A stretch of DNA of 64,000 nt from assembly GCF_000150275.1 (NCBI RefSeq), contig NW_002060967.1:124001-188000 (forward strand). Reading direction: 5' to 3'. Position numbers and translations under genes: made by a program. A model generated the notes under the pieces. The model did no database searches. It saw only the letters and a list, made by a program, of their open reading frames with translations, and had not been told where the DNA came from. Numbering within the stretch: position 1 is the first letter of the stretch; each line of letters starts with the position of its first letter. This document shows, piece after piece, positions 26,872 through 40,400 of this stretch. The DNA is from Trichoplax adhaerens. Taxonomy: Eukaryota > Animalia > Placozoa.

Positions 26872-29800
26872 CAGATTCCGATGCATAGCCATGTGTTGAG
26901 ATATTATTCCTATAAAATTCTTGCGACTGGCAATGACTGCAGTATCATAACGTCAAACTTACATCCTTCTATACCAAATAACGATACTATCTGTAACGGA
27001 TAACTGAAAATATCAAAGTTTCTCTATTTTTTTAGTTACGACAGATACCGTGCACTTTGAGGATCTCCAAAGGCTATCGTAACTATATTAAACACTGAAC
27101 ACTGAATAAATCCTAATATATCTTACTATAATTTAGTACTGTAATCCAATCTTTTTTGAATTGTTAGAACATAAGAAAAAAAATTCAGTTTACGAAAATG
27201 TTCATCGCCAATTCATTTTTAAAAGTGTGTAAAATTCGTCTGACCTGCTGTACGGGAGCGTAAATGATAGCTTTGGTAAAAAGTAAGCATCTTAATTAAC
27301 TGGTTTGTAGTCATGTATAAATCAGGTCATTAATCAATAAGCTAAATAGATGGTTTAAAAGTGAACAATAACCTAAAATCACGATGTTGTTTGGAAAATA
27401 GCAGGGATTTTTCTCGAATAATTAGTTCATTTAGTTGAATGCTCAATCAATCTACATTATCAGTGCAATCATTAACTAAAGATGCCAAAAAAAAAGATCT
27501 GCAGATCAGAAATTTACCTCTAAGTGTTTTTGTAACTAATTCACGAAGCAACTATTATGACAACAAGAACAATTTCATATTGAACAGCGCTCGTTGATAA
27601 TCTAATCCCTCCTTGTGATATCCACATTTATGATAGCAAATTCTTAATTTTCTCTCTTCAATTTATGATCTAGTTATCCTACTTGCGTGATATTATTTGA
27701 AATTACGCTGTTACGTATTAAATTTATCACACTAAACAACTGCAATCTCCATCTCACCTGGAACATTATTAATAGTACCATCTGCTAAAATAAACTGTAG
27801 AGAGGAATTCTATTTCTTTTTCCATCGCTTATATTTTCTATACTGGTTAGATGCATGTATCCAAGAGATTTTTCTTAAGCATTCTTGCCACAAATTATCA
27901 ATCAAATTTTTAGGTGACCTTTGACTATCCCTGTTAGTTCACTTCTGTCAAAAGAAAGTTTTCGACGAGATACTATATCAATTGTCTACTACTTCTTACT
28001 TTCGATTGTATAGAAATCTATTAATTGCATTTAAGGATGCATTAAAAATAAATACTTTCGGTACAACTGCCACAGTACTTCATCTTTTATTGTCCTTTGT
28101 TTTATGATCCAAATAACCGAAGTATCTAATAATTTTCACTATGCATTTTTGGTGCTTAACGAGTAATTAATGGAAGCTTAAGAGGATTCACAGAATCAAT
28201 TCGTAAATAGCTGAAGGACGCGTAGTATGGGACTGAAAATAAATCGATTGAATCTCTTTACTAGATTACGAGTTATTAGAGCTAATTGAAGACCATCTGG
28301 GTAGCTTCCACTAGTACCAGTACAAGCCTAAGATTTACTGTACAATAATATTAATGATCAATTTTTTTAATGTCATTCTTGAGCTGAGCTAATTTTTAAA
28401 GTTACTAACACGCAATTAATAATAGTTATACTTGATCATAATAACCGCATATAAGTGAAAAATATCGCATTTTTTTACTTCATTTAATTCTTATCCTTGT
28501 TCATCCCTGTAGAAGTGCATTAAGTTTGTTATAATAAATCCAAGAATTCGCACTATACTGTCCATAAGACACCTTTTCTTACATTCTTGAATACATTAAA
28601 TTAAATATACGACTATAACTTTTCAAGATTTCCATTTCTTATGGAAATGTTATATTCAATGTTACATTCTCTGGATGAACGTTCTCTTTAAAAACACTAA
28701 GATTAAATAAAAGCTTTCAGAGAACCCTTGAAAAGGCCAATTAGCTCTTACTGTAATCGATGTTATGGCAATTTTTATACATTGGTTTATTTGGAGGGAT
28801 AATTTACTCTTTTTACAATCGTATGTTATCGAAATTATATACAGAAGATCAGATGCACTAATATGTATGAAAAATAAAAATTGAACAAAGATAAGCTATA
28901 CTTCCAACATTAGAATTTTAAAGTGGAATAGTTATTTTAGCTCAAGTTGTGGTGTTTAAAAATTTTAAATAGATTGGCCAGACAACCAGGGTGTTTCTAC
29001 CATGTTGGATAAATACTTCGGTAACCAAATTTGCACCTAATTTATAGTCTATTTACTTTCAGTACTATTTCTCACTGTTCACCTCGTTTTATCAATAAGG
29101 TCTTTAATGAATAAACACATATTTATTCAGTATTAATTGCAAGTAGAAAGATTTTTTAGCGAGAGAAATAGAAAGGCTAACCGGAAACCCAACGTTCTCA
29201 TTTTATTATTGTGGCATACAGCAATTTAACGGAAATACATGTCCACACGTTTATGAATTACAGAATTTTCATAATTTTAATTGAAATAAAATTTCTATCT
29301 ATTAGTTCAAAGTTTAGTGATTAACTATCGTGACGGGTAGCAGATTAACCCAAATACATGTCTACACGTATATAGGGTACGGAATTTTCACAATTTTAAG
29401 AGTTTTAATCGAAGTAAAATTACCATCTATTAGTTAATAATTTAAAGATTATGATTTCCCGTAGCAGATTAAGCGAAATATGTGTCTACACCTATGCGCA
29501 TATAAATTAACAGAATTTTTATAATCTTAATTGAAATAAAATCAGCCTCTATCGATTTATGATTTCGTAATTAATGCGTAAATCTTTGCCATGCAGTGGC
29601 TACAAGTTGCCTATTTAGTCCTCATAGAAAACAAATACTGTAGCAGAAGGACCTTGTAAAAACACACTACGTGTCTTAATCTATCGGTATAAATTTATTT
29701 TTGGGAGAAATTTACATATGACTTGGTTGTCCATAAGTTGTAAAATTGTCTTAGTTTCGTTATAAGCATAGGCCGAGAGTAGTCTCATTAACGGATCGAC

Positions 29801-31650
29801 TCACTAAATGTCCACAGTGGTTGTGAATATAGAGAAAATAGCATAAATTATAGTTATAGGACGTACCGCAAAATAGATGTGACTATTTTGATTATAGGAT
29901 TATAGGTATACTGTATTTAGCTTCTAGACATGTTCCTTTCCGATCAAATGTTTGATTTAAAAAGGATGACGATTTAATGACTTTTAACCAACGGACCAAA
30001 ATGATTAACTATGCTATAGTACGGTAAATTAGTAGTTCAAGCTGAACTGCAATCTTAATAGGAATTATTATAGTAAAAAATATTTTTGATGCGCTGGATA
30101 TGAGGTATTTTATTCCCAATTTTTTAATCCAACAGTAGATCAAGTAATAAGTAGCCATTTTAAAGGCATTTATAGTGCCAAATTTCATATTCGACGAGCA
30201 TTGATGAAGCATGAATACTATTCTGATACTGATAGATCATAAATACTATCCTATAGCTCAGAATAGCATTTATGAGCATCATAAACACATCCTATATTTA
30301 CCGTACTAATTTACCTTTAGTGATGATGGCAAGTTATTACAGAAATATTTGCCTTGCAGTGAACCTAAGTCTATTTGTTTTAAGCCCGTAGAAAACGCTT
30401 TGTTAGGTAAGAATTTTTTTTTAGATGTTGATGAATTATAAACAGCTGATAATGGAGATTATAAGCACCACAGGAATCATTGAGTTGGGTATCTTTCCCC
30501 TCACCCCATGATAATAATCTAATTTTAGCTGATATTGAAAATATTAAATAATCTATTACAATAAATATTCGACTTCTCTCTTTCTTTCAATTTTGTCATT
30601 GCTATGTATCGATCCACCATGTTGTATACGTTACGGCCATTCCTAAGAATGATTTTGTCCTTAAGATACATACATAGATTTTGATTTCTTAATACTAGCC
30701 AATAAGGCAATGGTCACTTTAGCTTGAGTATTTTTGATGATGATTAAACTCAATGTATCTAAAGGAATACCTCCTATACCTGCCATCTAATGACTAATTT
30801 TATGTCATACAAGTAAAAAATGCTAGGAAGCATGGCATCGATAGCGATCAGCATTACCAAATCTGTTGGCTACCTATCCCAGAATAGAAATTATTTGATG
30901 GGGGATAAATTAAGATACATATTCATGCTAATATTCTACTCGGTAATGATGACGTCAAGAATGTTATTTTTCCTTTCAAATAAAGTCAATAAAAGTATTT
31001 AATGTTAGCATAAACTATGTTAGAATTGTTTGACAAGTTAATTATGGCTAAATCTATTGATAAATCCTATTTTTTAAGACAATAATGAATCTCTTACATA
31101 TTCTCGTCCCCAGTCCACATAGGCAGAGGACGTCGATACAATTAAATCTTAAGAAATAAACAATATGGTAATGACTCGATGACGATAACAACGGTGAATT
31201 TGCTTTATTCTATTAGGTGCGCTTCCGCGTTCCATTACTTTGTCGAAAGAATCAGCGGAAAACAACTATTCTACGCTTGCATTTTAACCATAGGCCAACA
31301 ATGTACTTGCAGTTTATTAGATAGAATGCCATAAAGAAGATCCCTTTTACATCGTGCTGGCTTGATTTCATTTGAAACATGTTATTTTATATCATGAAAA
31401 AAATGAATCGGCCTCTTTACTAGACCAGGCTATCTGTATACTAGGTGGATCGACCTAGAAAAGAGTTCAAACATTACATATTATAGAATTATTAATTCAT
31501 TGTTGGACTTTCCTCGCTTGCTCGCAGCAATCTACAATAATAAAAGCAAAGTTGCGTCTTACTTATACAGTATTGCTCTTTTTGGATGCTGAGAGAATTA
31601 GAATTGAACCAATGAATAAATAAATATACATACAGTACATCGACAATTCA
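26872..31650 (-). pseudogene. Decayed, inverted paralog of the receptor family
   Basis: Minus-strand exon-like blocks with splice signals, in family order. 31650-31563 is signal-peptide-like (MYCMYIYLFIGSILILSAS..., TAA then GTAAG). ~28750-28580 reads NWPFQGFSESFYLIL / SSRECNIEYNISI (cf. TRRKCNITTETNIKI). Then a 24-nt mini-exon at 27781-27758, a hydrophobic exon at 27601-27518, an exon at 27270-27194, and 27082-26872 (211 nt vs 212 in receptors 3/4; LS*LKK*RNF cf. ISELKENKNF). Multiple stops and frameshifts. Confidence 0.55.
29215..29560. repeat. Tandem repeat, ~120 bp unit, 3 copies
   Basis: gca(g)att(t)aac..aaatacatgtc.acac...gaatttt.a.aattttaa...gaa.taaaat recurs at ~29221, 29341 and 29464. 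Confidence 0.75.
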
Positions 31651-32091
31651 TTCATTAATAGCAGTAAAACAATACGGCCTTCCACTGATGGCTGATGATA
31701 ATTCATGGTATTACTGTTTATCCATGACAGAGCTGCGGTATCAAGTAGAAAGTAATCCATTGGTTCATTTTTAGCGTTGAAAGAATTTTATTAGTGCTGT
31801 TGTAAATATAATGGTTATGATGGATCTATTTTCTTACTTTGAGGATACTAAGGATACGCGAACTAAAGTTCACCGGACTTGATACTAATTAAATTATTTG
31901 ATGACTCTTTTCTTTATGACAATGAGGATTATTTCTATCACAGGGACTTCCAGAAAGCCTCTCAATACCATCACATTCTATTCTACTAGATCACTGCTTT
32001 ATAGTTTTTAGTTTGGTAATTATGTCAGGATTGTTGGCGGACATGAATTAGCATCATTTCTTTGGAGAGCATTGCTATTCTATAATAGTAT

Positions 32092-32350
32092 TGACACACA
32101 CTACTAGAGACAAAGTAAACCTACACACGCCAACACTAAGGAAGAAAACCTCTTACCGACTTAAGGAGACGAAATGAGCTATATCACCAAATAGTTCAGT
32201 TCCAACGACCGAATACTATATAGTGTAGACGAGGTAGTCAGGAAATTATTACTTTTTATTACTGAAGAAATCTTGACAATCAAGATTATAGTCTTAACAA
32301 TTCGATAGCAAATGACAAACTAGTTGACTAACGAACCGACTACGAACTAA
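32092..32350 (-). repeat. Right arm of ~270 bp inverted repeat (partner at 26440-26720)
   Basis: Reverse-complement match to 26440-26720, including aactagttgacta and ccgact. Confidence 0.85.
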
Positions 32351-32433
32351 ACAGTGGCCCTCAACCACCAGCCTTTTATGTCTCGTCACAAACTTCTGGT
32401 GCATATAAAGCAAAACTTTCCTTCTAAAGTTAG

Positions 32434-32730
32434 ATTATATGAAGAAATGATTATTAGTAATACGTCAATTCACACAAACAGTATTTAATATTAATCAATA
32501 ATTGGAACGAGTTTATGCATCATAACAAGTATTCAATACCATGACATCCTATCTTGCCAGATTACCACTTAACTGAGTTTATTTAATGATATCGGCATTG
32601 TTAACGGACGTGATTGCCGTGATTCGAATTGGAAGGAGGCCAAACTTCCAACTACAGCATTTACCACGACAGTAAAATAAATATGCAACATTTGTTAGGA
32701 TAAATTAAAAATCTGATGCTCATATCCTAA
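32434..32730 (+). pseudogene. Remnant of a family terminal (TIR/SEFIR C-half) exon
   Basis: Starts tag|ATT ATA like the paralog last exons (ag|ATA ATA, ag|ATT ATC). Contains NDIGIV (cf. NDIILV) and SIYHDSKINMQHLLG*IKNL (cf. PIYDLRYEAQCMQLVENLK). Stops and frameshifts present. Confidence 0.4.
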
Positions 32731-32784
32731 TAAGCCATCTCATAGGAAAACATCCTATTTTTTCATAACTACGATTTATTACAA

Positions 32785-33760
32785 TCGTGAATGATATTAG
32801 GAATTGTCATTGGCAGACATTATTGCTATTCTTTACGGTCTGTGAATGGTGTTGCACAAGCTGGAATACGAGCACAACACGTCTTGCATCACTCATGCTT
32901 GTTAAAGTAGTAAAAGATATTAGAGATGTTGTTCTTCGCTGACTTGATTGATATTGCAATAGTTGCTAATTATCATCTATGAAATGCTCTACAAGCTGAA
33001 ATACAAGTACATCATGTCTTTCTATCACAACAGCCTCGTACAGTAGTGAATAATGTTAAGTTGCAGTTAGTGGACACGATAGCCATGACAGCTCAATGTG
33101 CATCGTTCTAAGTATTTCCTTTCATCATTCATCTTTAGTAAAGTAGCGAATGATGTTGGAATTGTAGCTGGCGGAAATGATAGCAAGAATAGTCTGTGGG
33201 TGAAATGTTGCGTAAGCTGGAATACGCGTACATCATGTCTTGCTATCGCCCATGCTTACCATCGTAGTACATAATGTTGGAGTAGTTAGTTAGCAGGTTT
33301 ATTGGTATTACCATGAGTTCTAGTCAGTCAGTGAAATGGACCAGCTAGAAATCATCATGTCTTGCTATTGCTAATGCTTACTACCGAAGTAAATGATGTG
33401 AGAGTAGTTATTGACCTTTTATTAACATTGCCATGAGTTGTAGTCAGCTAGTGAAATCAGGAACTTTTCACCCAGCCCTGGTACTTTTTCCTATATTTTA
33501 ATGCTCAACAAGTTTTTGTTTCCTCCATAAAATATCAACTATTACTTACTACTGGTATTTTAAAGAGGTCAAAAGCTTGTTCATCAGTCTCAGGTGAAAT
33601 GTTCACAATCTAGAAATAGAAGTGCATCTTGTCTTATCTGGCTATCATCAATGATTACCATCATAGCGAATTGATGTGGGATTTGTTATTCACTTACTAT
33701 ATTGACATTGCCATTATTTTTCTTTAGTGGTGGAATGTTGTACAAGTTGGTATTGAATTA
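32785..33760. repeat. Degenerate tandem repeat, ~120 bp unit, ~7 copies
   Basis: Recurring aatgat(g/a)ttgga...ttg...gtgaaatg..caagct(g/a)gaa..catcatgtctt motifs at ~32790, 32915, 33050, 33150, 33272, 33392 and 33670. Confidence 0.7.
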
Positions 33761-34414
33761 ATTATGTATAATTACAAACATGTTTGGGGCTGTAACCAAT
33801 AAAATCTTTAATTTTGATATCCTAATAAACTACTGGTCGTAACCAAAGAGAAATTTTAACTTGTCAGCACCTTAGGCCTGCCGTAAACTAAAAATGCAAT
33901 CGTTTTATCCTTGATAAACGGACTAGAAGTTGGATCATGAATAATATTAGAATAAGCAGGGAAATTACAACCATTAACAAATGAATTCGACGCAATTAAC
34001 CCTCCTCCTTACCAACAATTTTAATGAATCATTGTTTTATCCCCAAATCTTATTCTAATGACAATGTAATTAATGCAGAAGGCATCAATAGCCAATACAA
34101 CCCTATGTTAACTGAAGTGGAGGGCGGAGTATTGATAGACTGTCATGATTTCTTCATGATATCCTAACATGTATTGTTAAGATTATTTTAGTGATCATCC
34201 ATTAAACAAAAATTAATTACCATTATTTGAAAACACGTAAGTATAATTATAATAAAAAAAGAATCAATCCTCCCAAGGCTATAGAATAGCCATTTTTTTT
34301 TTTATATAGATGCTATAAGGAAGAGTGTACATTAATATATATAATTATAATTAACAGCCCCACTTAGGCTACAGCACCCTATTAACAGTTGGCTTTCGAG
34401 AAAAGCAATTGACC

Positions 34415-37400
34415 ATGGCCAATTTTTCTCGCAGCTATATCACCATCTTTTTCCTCTTCACTTGCATTGGTTTCAGCCTTGGAATCACTCCAGATGCTGT
34501 CTGGAGGTCAATGTGCTATCATCGATGTATTGCTAAGGTAAAGTAAAAATTCCTCTTGCATTTCTAGCGTGTAAAACGAGTAGAACAGTCAAATAGCAAT
34601 TTAACAACTTGATCGATATCTCCCCCCTTCCAATGTCGCTGTAAGGAGTTCGAGTTAAAAGTGCAAAAGCGATTTATTGCCGAATAGATATTCTACCAGT
34701 AGTCATTACAGATATACATAAGGATATACGAGGATATTACTTGTATTTCAATACATTCGTCTCTTCTGACGATGAAAAAAGATCCATTTCTTTCCGTTTC
34801 GTTCCCTCCCTACTTTTATATGCCGTAACAAATTCAGTCTTGCGGCTTCATGATTACCGTTAGGCCAAATCTTTTCCTTTGCATGGCCTATCACGTAACC
34901 ATCGCTTGATTGCCAAATTCATTTTATACGTAAAATTTACCGATTGCCGTAGGATGGTTACCCTGGTATATCCCTTGTATAGCCTCTTACACCATTATCG
35001 CTTTTTAATGCATTTGAAAAATATATAACGAATTCAGTCTTGTAATGGATTGATTACTGTTTCTACTTTCTATCCCTTACATGGCTTATTTCACTGTCGT
35101 AGCTTGATTGCTTCTCGTAATGCTATCAAAATAGCCTTCAGACCAATCTAGATACAAATGGAGTAATCCTAAAGAAGTGAATTATTAAGGTTAAGTTCCT
35201 TTTTGGGGATTAAATGATAATTTACTATGAATTGAAGAAAGGCAACAATGACACACAACCTGATGATAGCGGATATCCGCTATAACTGAAGATGGTATTT
35301 AATTTTGTCCATTTCGTGATCCATTTTCTATAGACTTTACGTAAAATCATCCCAGATAAAATACGATAGATCATTTTTTAAGCTTGTAGTATTCGATAGA
35401 CTTGGTCGATGGTTAGAAAGTATTTAAGCCCATACTCAAAGTAATTACACCACTAAGCGATGGTAACAAAATATCTTGTGATAACTTTTGTGTTGATTTT
35501 TTTCCATTTATGGTGAGAAAATTAACAACTCCATAATCGTAGCATTGTTGTCATTGAATCCTAAAATAAAAAGACGATAATTCAATGAAACAAACTACAG
35601 TTGCTTGTTGTGTGGTCCGTGCTTTACGGAGAACGAAGAATTTCTCATAAACAATAAGCCATAAACCATGAATTAAAGCAATTAGGACAGTTCACCTTTT
35701 ATTTATGGCTTATATTAAAAATAACTTTAGCCCTTCAATGATGCTTAATCTCCTCCGCTTTTCAGTTCAAAGTTTCAACTATTCATGCAGTAGCGAAGTA
35801 GGATTTAGATAGAGCGATTATAAAGCGGCCAAGCTTTCATAACTCGATCCAAAATGATCCCCTTAGAAGTAGAATACCCCACGGTAAAGTATCCTTGCTT
35901 TTCCGATCAATCCCGCTTTGTTTCCCAATATATGGAATCGTTAGAGATAGCTGGATAACGGAGCAATGTATCCATTAAATAATACAGTAATTAGCAAAAA
36001 TATTCCAATCAAGGAAATCCGCAATGACTCTTAAATTTTCGTTTTTTATGGGGTATTAAATCTCAGTTAATTCACTAATTCAATAATTAATCGTTAAGGT
36101 CTATCCCTAAAATCAGTACTGGTTTACTTCATTCTTACCATGATCGTAAACAGCGTCTAATGAACTCAATGCATACGCATACATTAATTAATTAAATTAC
36201 TATAGCATATATTAACGGCGCAGCAAGGGTCATAGCTAGTCATGGCGTTTTTACGGTTGCCGATCGAGGACCGAAAGTAAAATGAACCATTGACTAGAGA
36301 TTCTCCATTTTATACAGAAATAGTACCCGAACTATAGTATGGAAAGGCTGTGATTCAATCAAATTGGCTACTTATTCTAGTGTAGGTAGTTCTCTCTTGA
36401 TAGCATATAAAATAAAATCCAGTCAAGAAAATTAATAGTATTTGAACTGCCATAGTACGGAAAGACCGTGACTCAACAATACTTATCACTTATTCTAGTA
36501 TAGCCAGTTTTCTCTTGACAGGGGATAACGTAAAAAGCCTAATCTCATTCTATGTTATGGATGAAAGTCAAAGTAAAATGGTTTTCAAATGGAAATCGAT
36601 CAAGATGCAGTGCAATCATTTCTAGTGTGCTTAACTTCATCCATTTCATGCGTATAGTGGGCAATGTTGAGTTAAGTTTTGTATAACAGAGCATGGAATC
36701 CCTTCGTTTTTCAAGGACACAAAATCCAATCGAATTGCGAGTCTCTACTATACAAGCATAAGCAAAGAGATTTTTAAATAGCAATGTATCAGGATATCTC
36801 GCGGCCATTTTAGTAGGCTTAACCTCCTCTATCTTACTTCTATCGTCAATTTCGATACCTGCAGCACAGCGCAATCCCTTCTTCTAGACAGGTATAAAAT
36901 AAAATCCAAATGCCATCCTACACCTATCACAATTCCTTATTTAATACATCAATCACCAAATAAAATCGAAATCCGATCTTTTACAGGAGGGATTTTGTTT
37001 TCATACTATTTTAGAACAGTAATGAAAATCGTTGCAATGACGAGCTAATCGTAGCAAGTTATACAAGTTACAATTTTAGAACACCAGTGAAAATCGTTGC
37101 AACAACCAGCTAATTGTAGCTTCTCTTTGCAGCAAGTTATAAAAGGTGAAAAGCCGGGATGTACCAAACCCATTACTCAGGAGTGTTATGAGCCATGCTT
37201 TAGGCCTTGTAACACATCGTACAGTGGAAAAAATTTCTGTAAAGACTTTACTTGTCGAAGTTTTACCAGCAATCAAGGAGCAATTTGCCTCTCTTCCTGT
37301 GAATTCGTCCATAACGTCATCTCAATGAACTTGCCATGTAAGACAATCAATATTTGTTACGATTAATAAATATAGACAGCAAAAATTTCCTTACTTTCTT

Positions 37401-40400
37401 GACTTAAATATAGAGTCATTATCTGTTAAATTACGTTGAAAAAAATGGCCAACAACGTTAACATAGTTAGTATTTGCTCTATAAACAGTTCTATAGTTGC
37501 TCAACTACGAAATACGTGTTATGATTATTTACTGCTAGATAGTGGTCGCTAAGCATCTTAGCTTATTTTTAACCTCGAGTTTCAGAAGCCATTTAATATA
37601 AGGATGCTAAATAGGAATAGTTTATCGATTCTGGCAGAATCCCTAGTAGCATGCGAGAACAATGTCTTCATAAATTCATATTCATTATTGCGCTATTTGA
37701 CGAAATCTAACTAACGATATTTTTGATATCTTTTCCGTTGGACTAGATAACCAGAGTTTTGTTGATCCTCTATTTGCAAATCCTCGTAAGTGTCGTAATT
37801 TAAAGTAGATTTATATGGTAATCAAACCGTGTTGATAGAACAAGTTCTCAGAAAAGATTAATCTTTGTTGAATTAATCTGTAATAGGTTATTAACTATTT
37901 CATAGACTTAGTAAACCATTTTATAATATAGAAATGAGTATCTTTCTTCACAATTTACTGTACAATCAATATCTTAATGATAGTGTTTTTAATCGAGAAA
38001 AGAATATCTCTTATTAAAGTATAGCCTATTCTGCGTGCTTGTTTTGTGCTCTGCATAAATATCTTCCATCATTGTTGGTAGTTACGGCTGTTCAAGTTGA
38101 AATAATATCCTAAATTAGAGGCAAAAACGTTGCAAAACGATAACAAGCACCTACGTTAAAACAGTATTTCTATTAAGACGATTAGTTGATAACTCGATAT
38201 GCAAAGAAGTAATACTCGATCAATATTCAAGAGAAATTTGTAGCTATCCAATAATGTTAATTCTTCGCCTTACCATATTTTATAATTATCCAGAGACTAA
38301 TAAGTCTTTTCTATACCGATCATGATACAACCATAGTTATCAATTAATGCGATTACATTTTTTGATCTATAGACTGGAATACTGAGGAAAATCTACTGAG
38401 TTCCCTATGCAATAGCAACAATGCAGGTATCTTGAATTAGCTAAAGTAGACTAAATATCATTGGTTCTAGTATGGCTCTTAGAATATTGCCGTATTACAT
38501 ATGTGTGTTATAGTATATTTAATGACAGAATTATATCAAACATTCTCAGATAGCTCTGCTAACGTAAATAGTTCGCTATGTATAATAAAATAAGAGTAAA
38601 TAGAAAAGGGTTCGTACATGAGTAAAATGTTTGCTTTTTAAAAACTATTTCTCGTGTCGAATTCTATAAAATTAAGAATAAGTATGGTCGTGAAGTCTGT
38701 GTCATTTCGATCATTCAAATTTCCACCATACTAGGTGCAATGAAATATATTGTCAAAAATTTGGTGATTGGAAATGAACCGTTTCGGACAAAATCAAACA
38801 ACGAAATTTGCACCTGCTCCGCCAAAAATTCATTGACATTACCTCCCAATGTTGGCCAGTATGTCGTTCCCCCTTTAAAGTCTTCAGTTGACTATAAAAG
38901 TGGCCACCTCGTCTTACAAGTAAAATTTAAACCTAAAGGTAAATTCATTTATGAATTGCTATTCCCTTCATAACTTTCGCTCTCTAGTAGCCTACTTCTG
39001 TTTATTCCACTACAACGCTGGCTACATCGTAATCAAGTCATTATTTGGGTCGTAATGAGGCATTCATTTTTCCTTCAATTTCTGCCATGTTTAACCTTTT
39101 GATTGTATCCTATCCTACTTAAATTCAAATTTATCTATTATTTTCTCATTGCTACTGCTACTCCTTTATCTCAGTACATATATTTGTTTTGTAATTTTAC
39201 TCTATTATAGGGGAATGGCAGGAATTACGTTACTTTCTCAAAAACCTGAATGATGATTCAGGAGCTGTGGTCAGCTACTGTAACATAACCAAAAGTAATG
39301 TGGCAACCGCCATCTTGCACCAACCTAAAGATCAAATTCGTTACAACATTCAGCAAAATAATAATGGCATCGAATTTATGGTCCTCGTGGTGCCTAGTAT
39401 TCCTAATCTAGATACTACCTTATCCTTAGCGAAGCTTACTCCAGCAGCACTAGAATATTTAAACCCCACTACTGCAACTGCACCTACTGGTAAGTGTTTA
39501 TGATTATTCTAGACTGAGATAGGTTTAGCTATTCTATCACTACAAATAGGATCGATTATATTATAAGATATTCTATCTCTTTTAATATTTATTTTCCATA
39601 CAGGGAACGTATCGGAATCCGATTATGCCACATCTGGAAGTAAATATTATAATCTAAATGATGTATAGAGCAATAAATTGCTATACTGTAGATTCTATAT
39701 TTCATCTATCATTTCGACGTCAAATTTTTCCTTAAATGTGGAAAAATCGATAAAGACTTCAATTTTCTATCATTGCACGTAGTTCTTCATATCGAGCTAG
39801 GATAACGCAATCATTAATTGACGATAAAGAAATTGTGAAACGAAATCTTCTTAGGCTTTAAAAATCAATGTTGCATATTGATGAATTCGTATTGCTAATT
39901 TTAAGTCTATTCGTTACTCAAAATATCTTGATTGCAGTAACTTCATGTCAATAACAATCCTAGTATAACCAGCGAGTTATCCTACACCATCGGGCATTAT
40001 GCCATACAGAATACCTTCTTCTGCATTTAATTGCCAAACTCTTACAGTGCTCATAAGGTTATTATAAATAAGCCACAATATCTTTCACTAACATTAAACT
40101 AATTGTCAGATCATGAGGAAAAAAACGACTATTGGAAATGGCTACTTGGGTCGGGATTATGTGGTACATTAATTGCAGTTTCTCTTATAGCGATTTACTG
40201 GAATTTTCGAAGTAAGTTTTGTGAAATCATTAACATTATTTTAAAAGTCAAGTCTCTCGGTACAAATTACGTTAAATTACGTCCAGTTTCTTGGTAAAAA
40301 CGCAAATTTTATATCTAGTAAAACAATGTTTTCTTAAAGCAACACTCCTCAGTCATCATAGCTATTCTCTACTTGGTTTATTGTAACGTTTGTGTTAATG

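Noticed and set aside
26720-32092. DNA transposon between the inverted repeats
   Set aside because: No transposase remnant or target-site duplication seen. The interior is better explained by inverted receptor exons.
36545-36874. Minus-strand ORF with a counterpart at 48890-49138
   Set aside because: The similarity reflects duplicated intron 1 of receptors 3/4, and the frame is not conserved between the copies.
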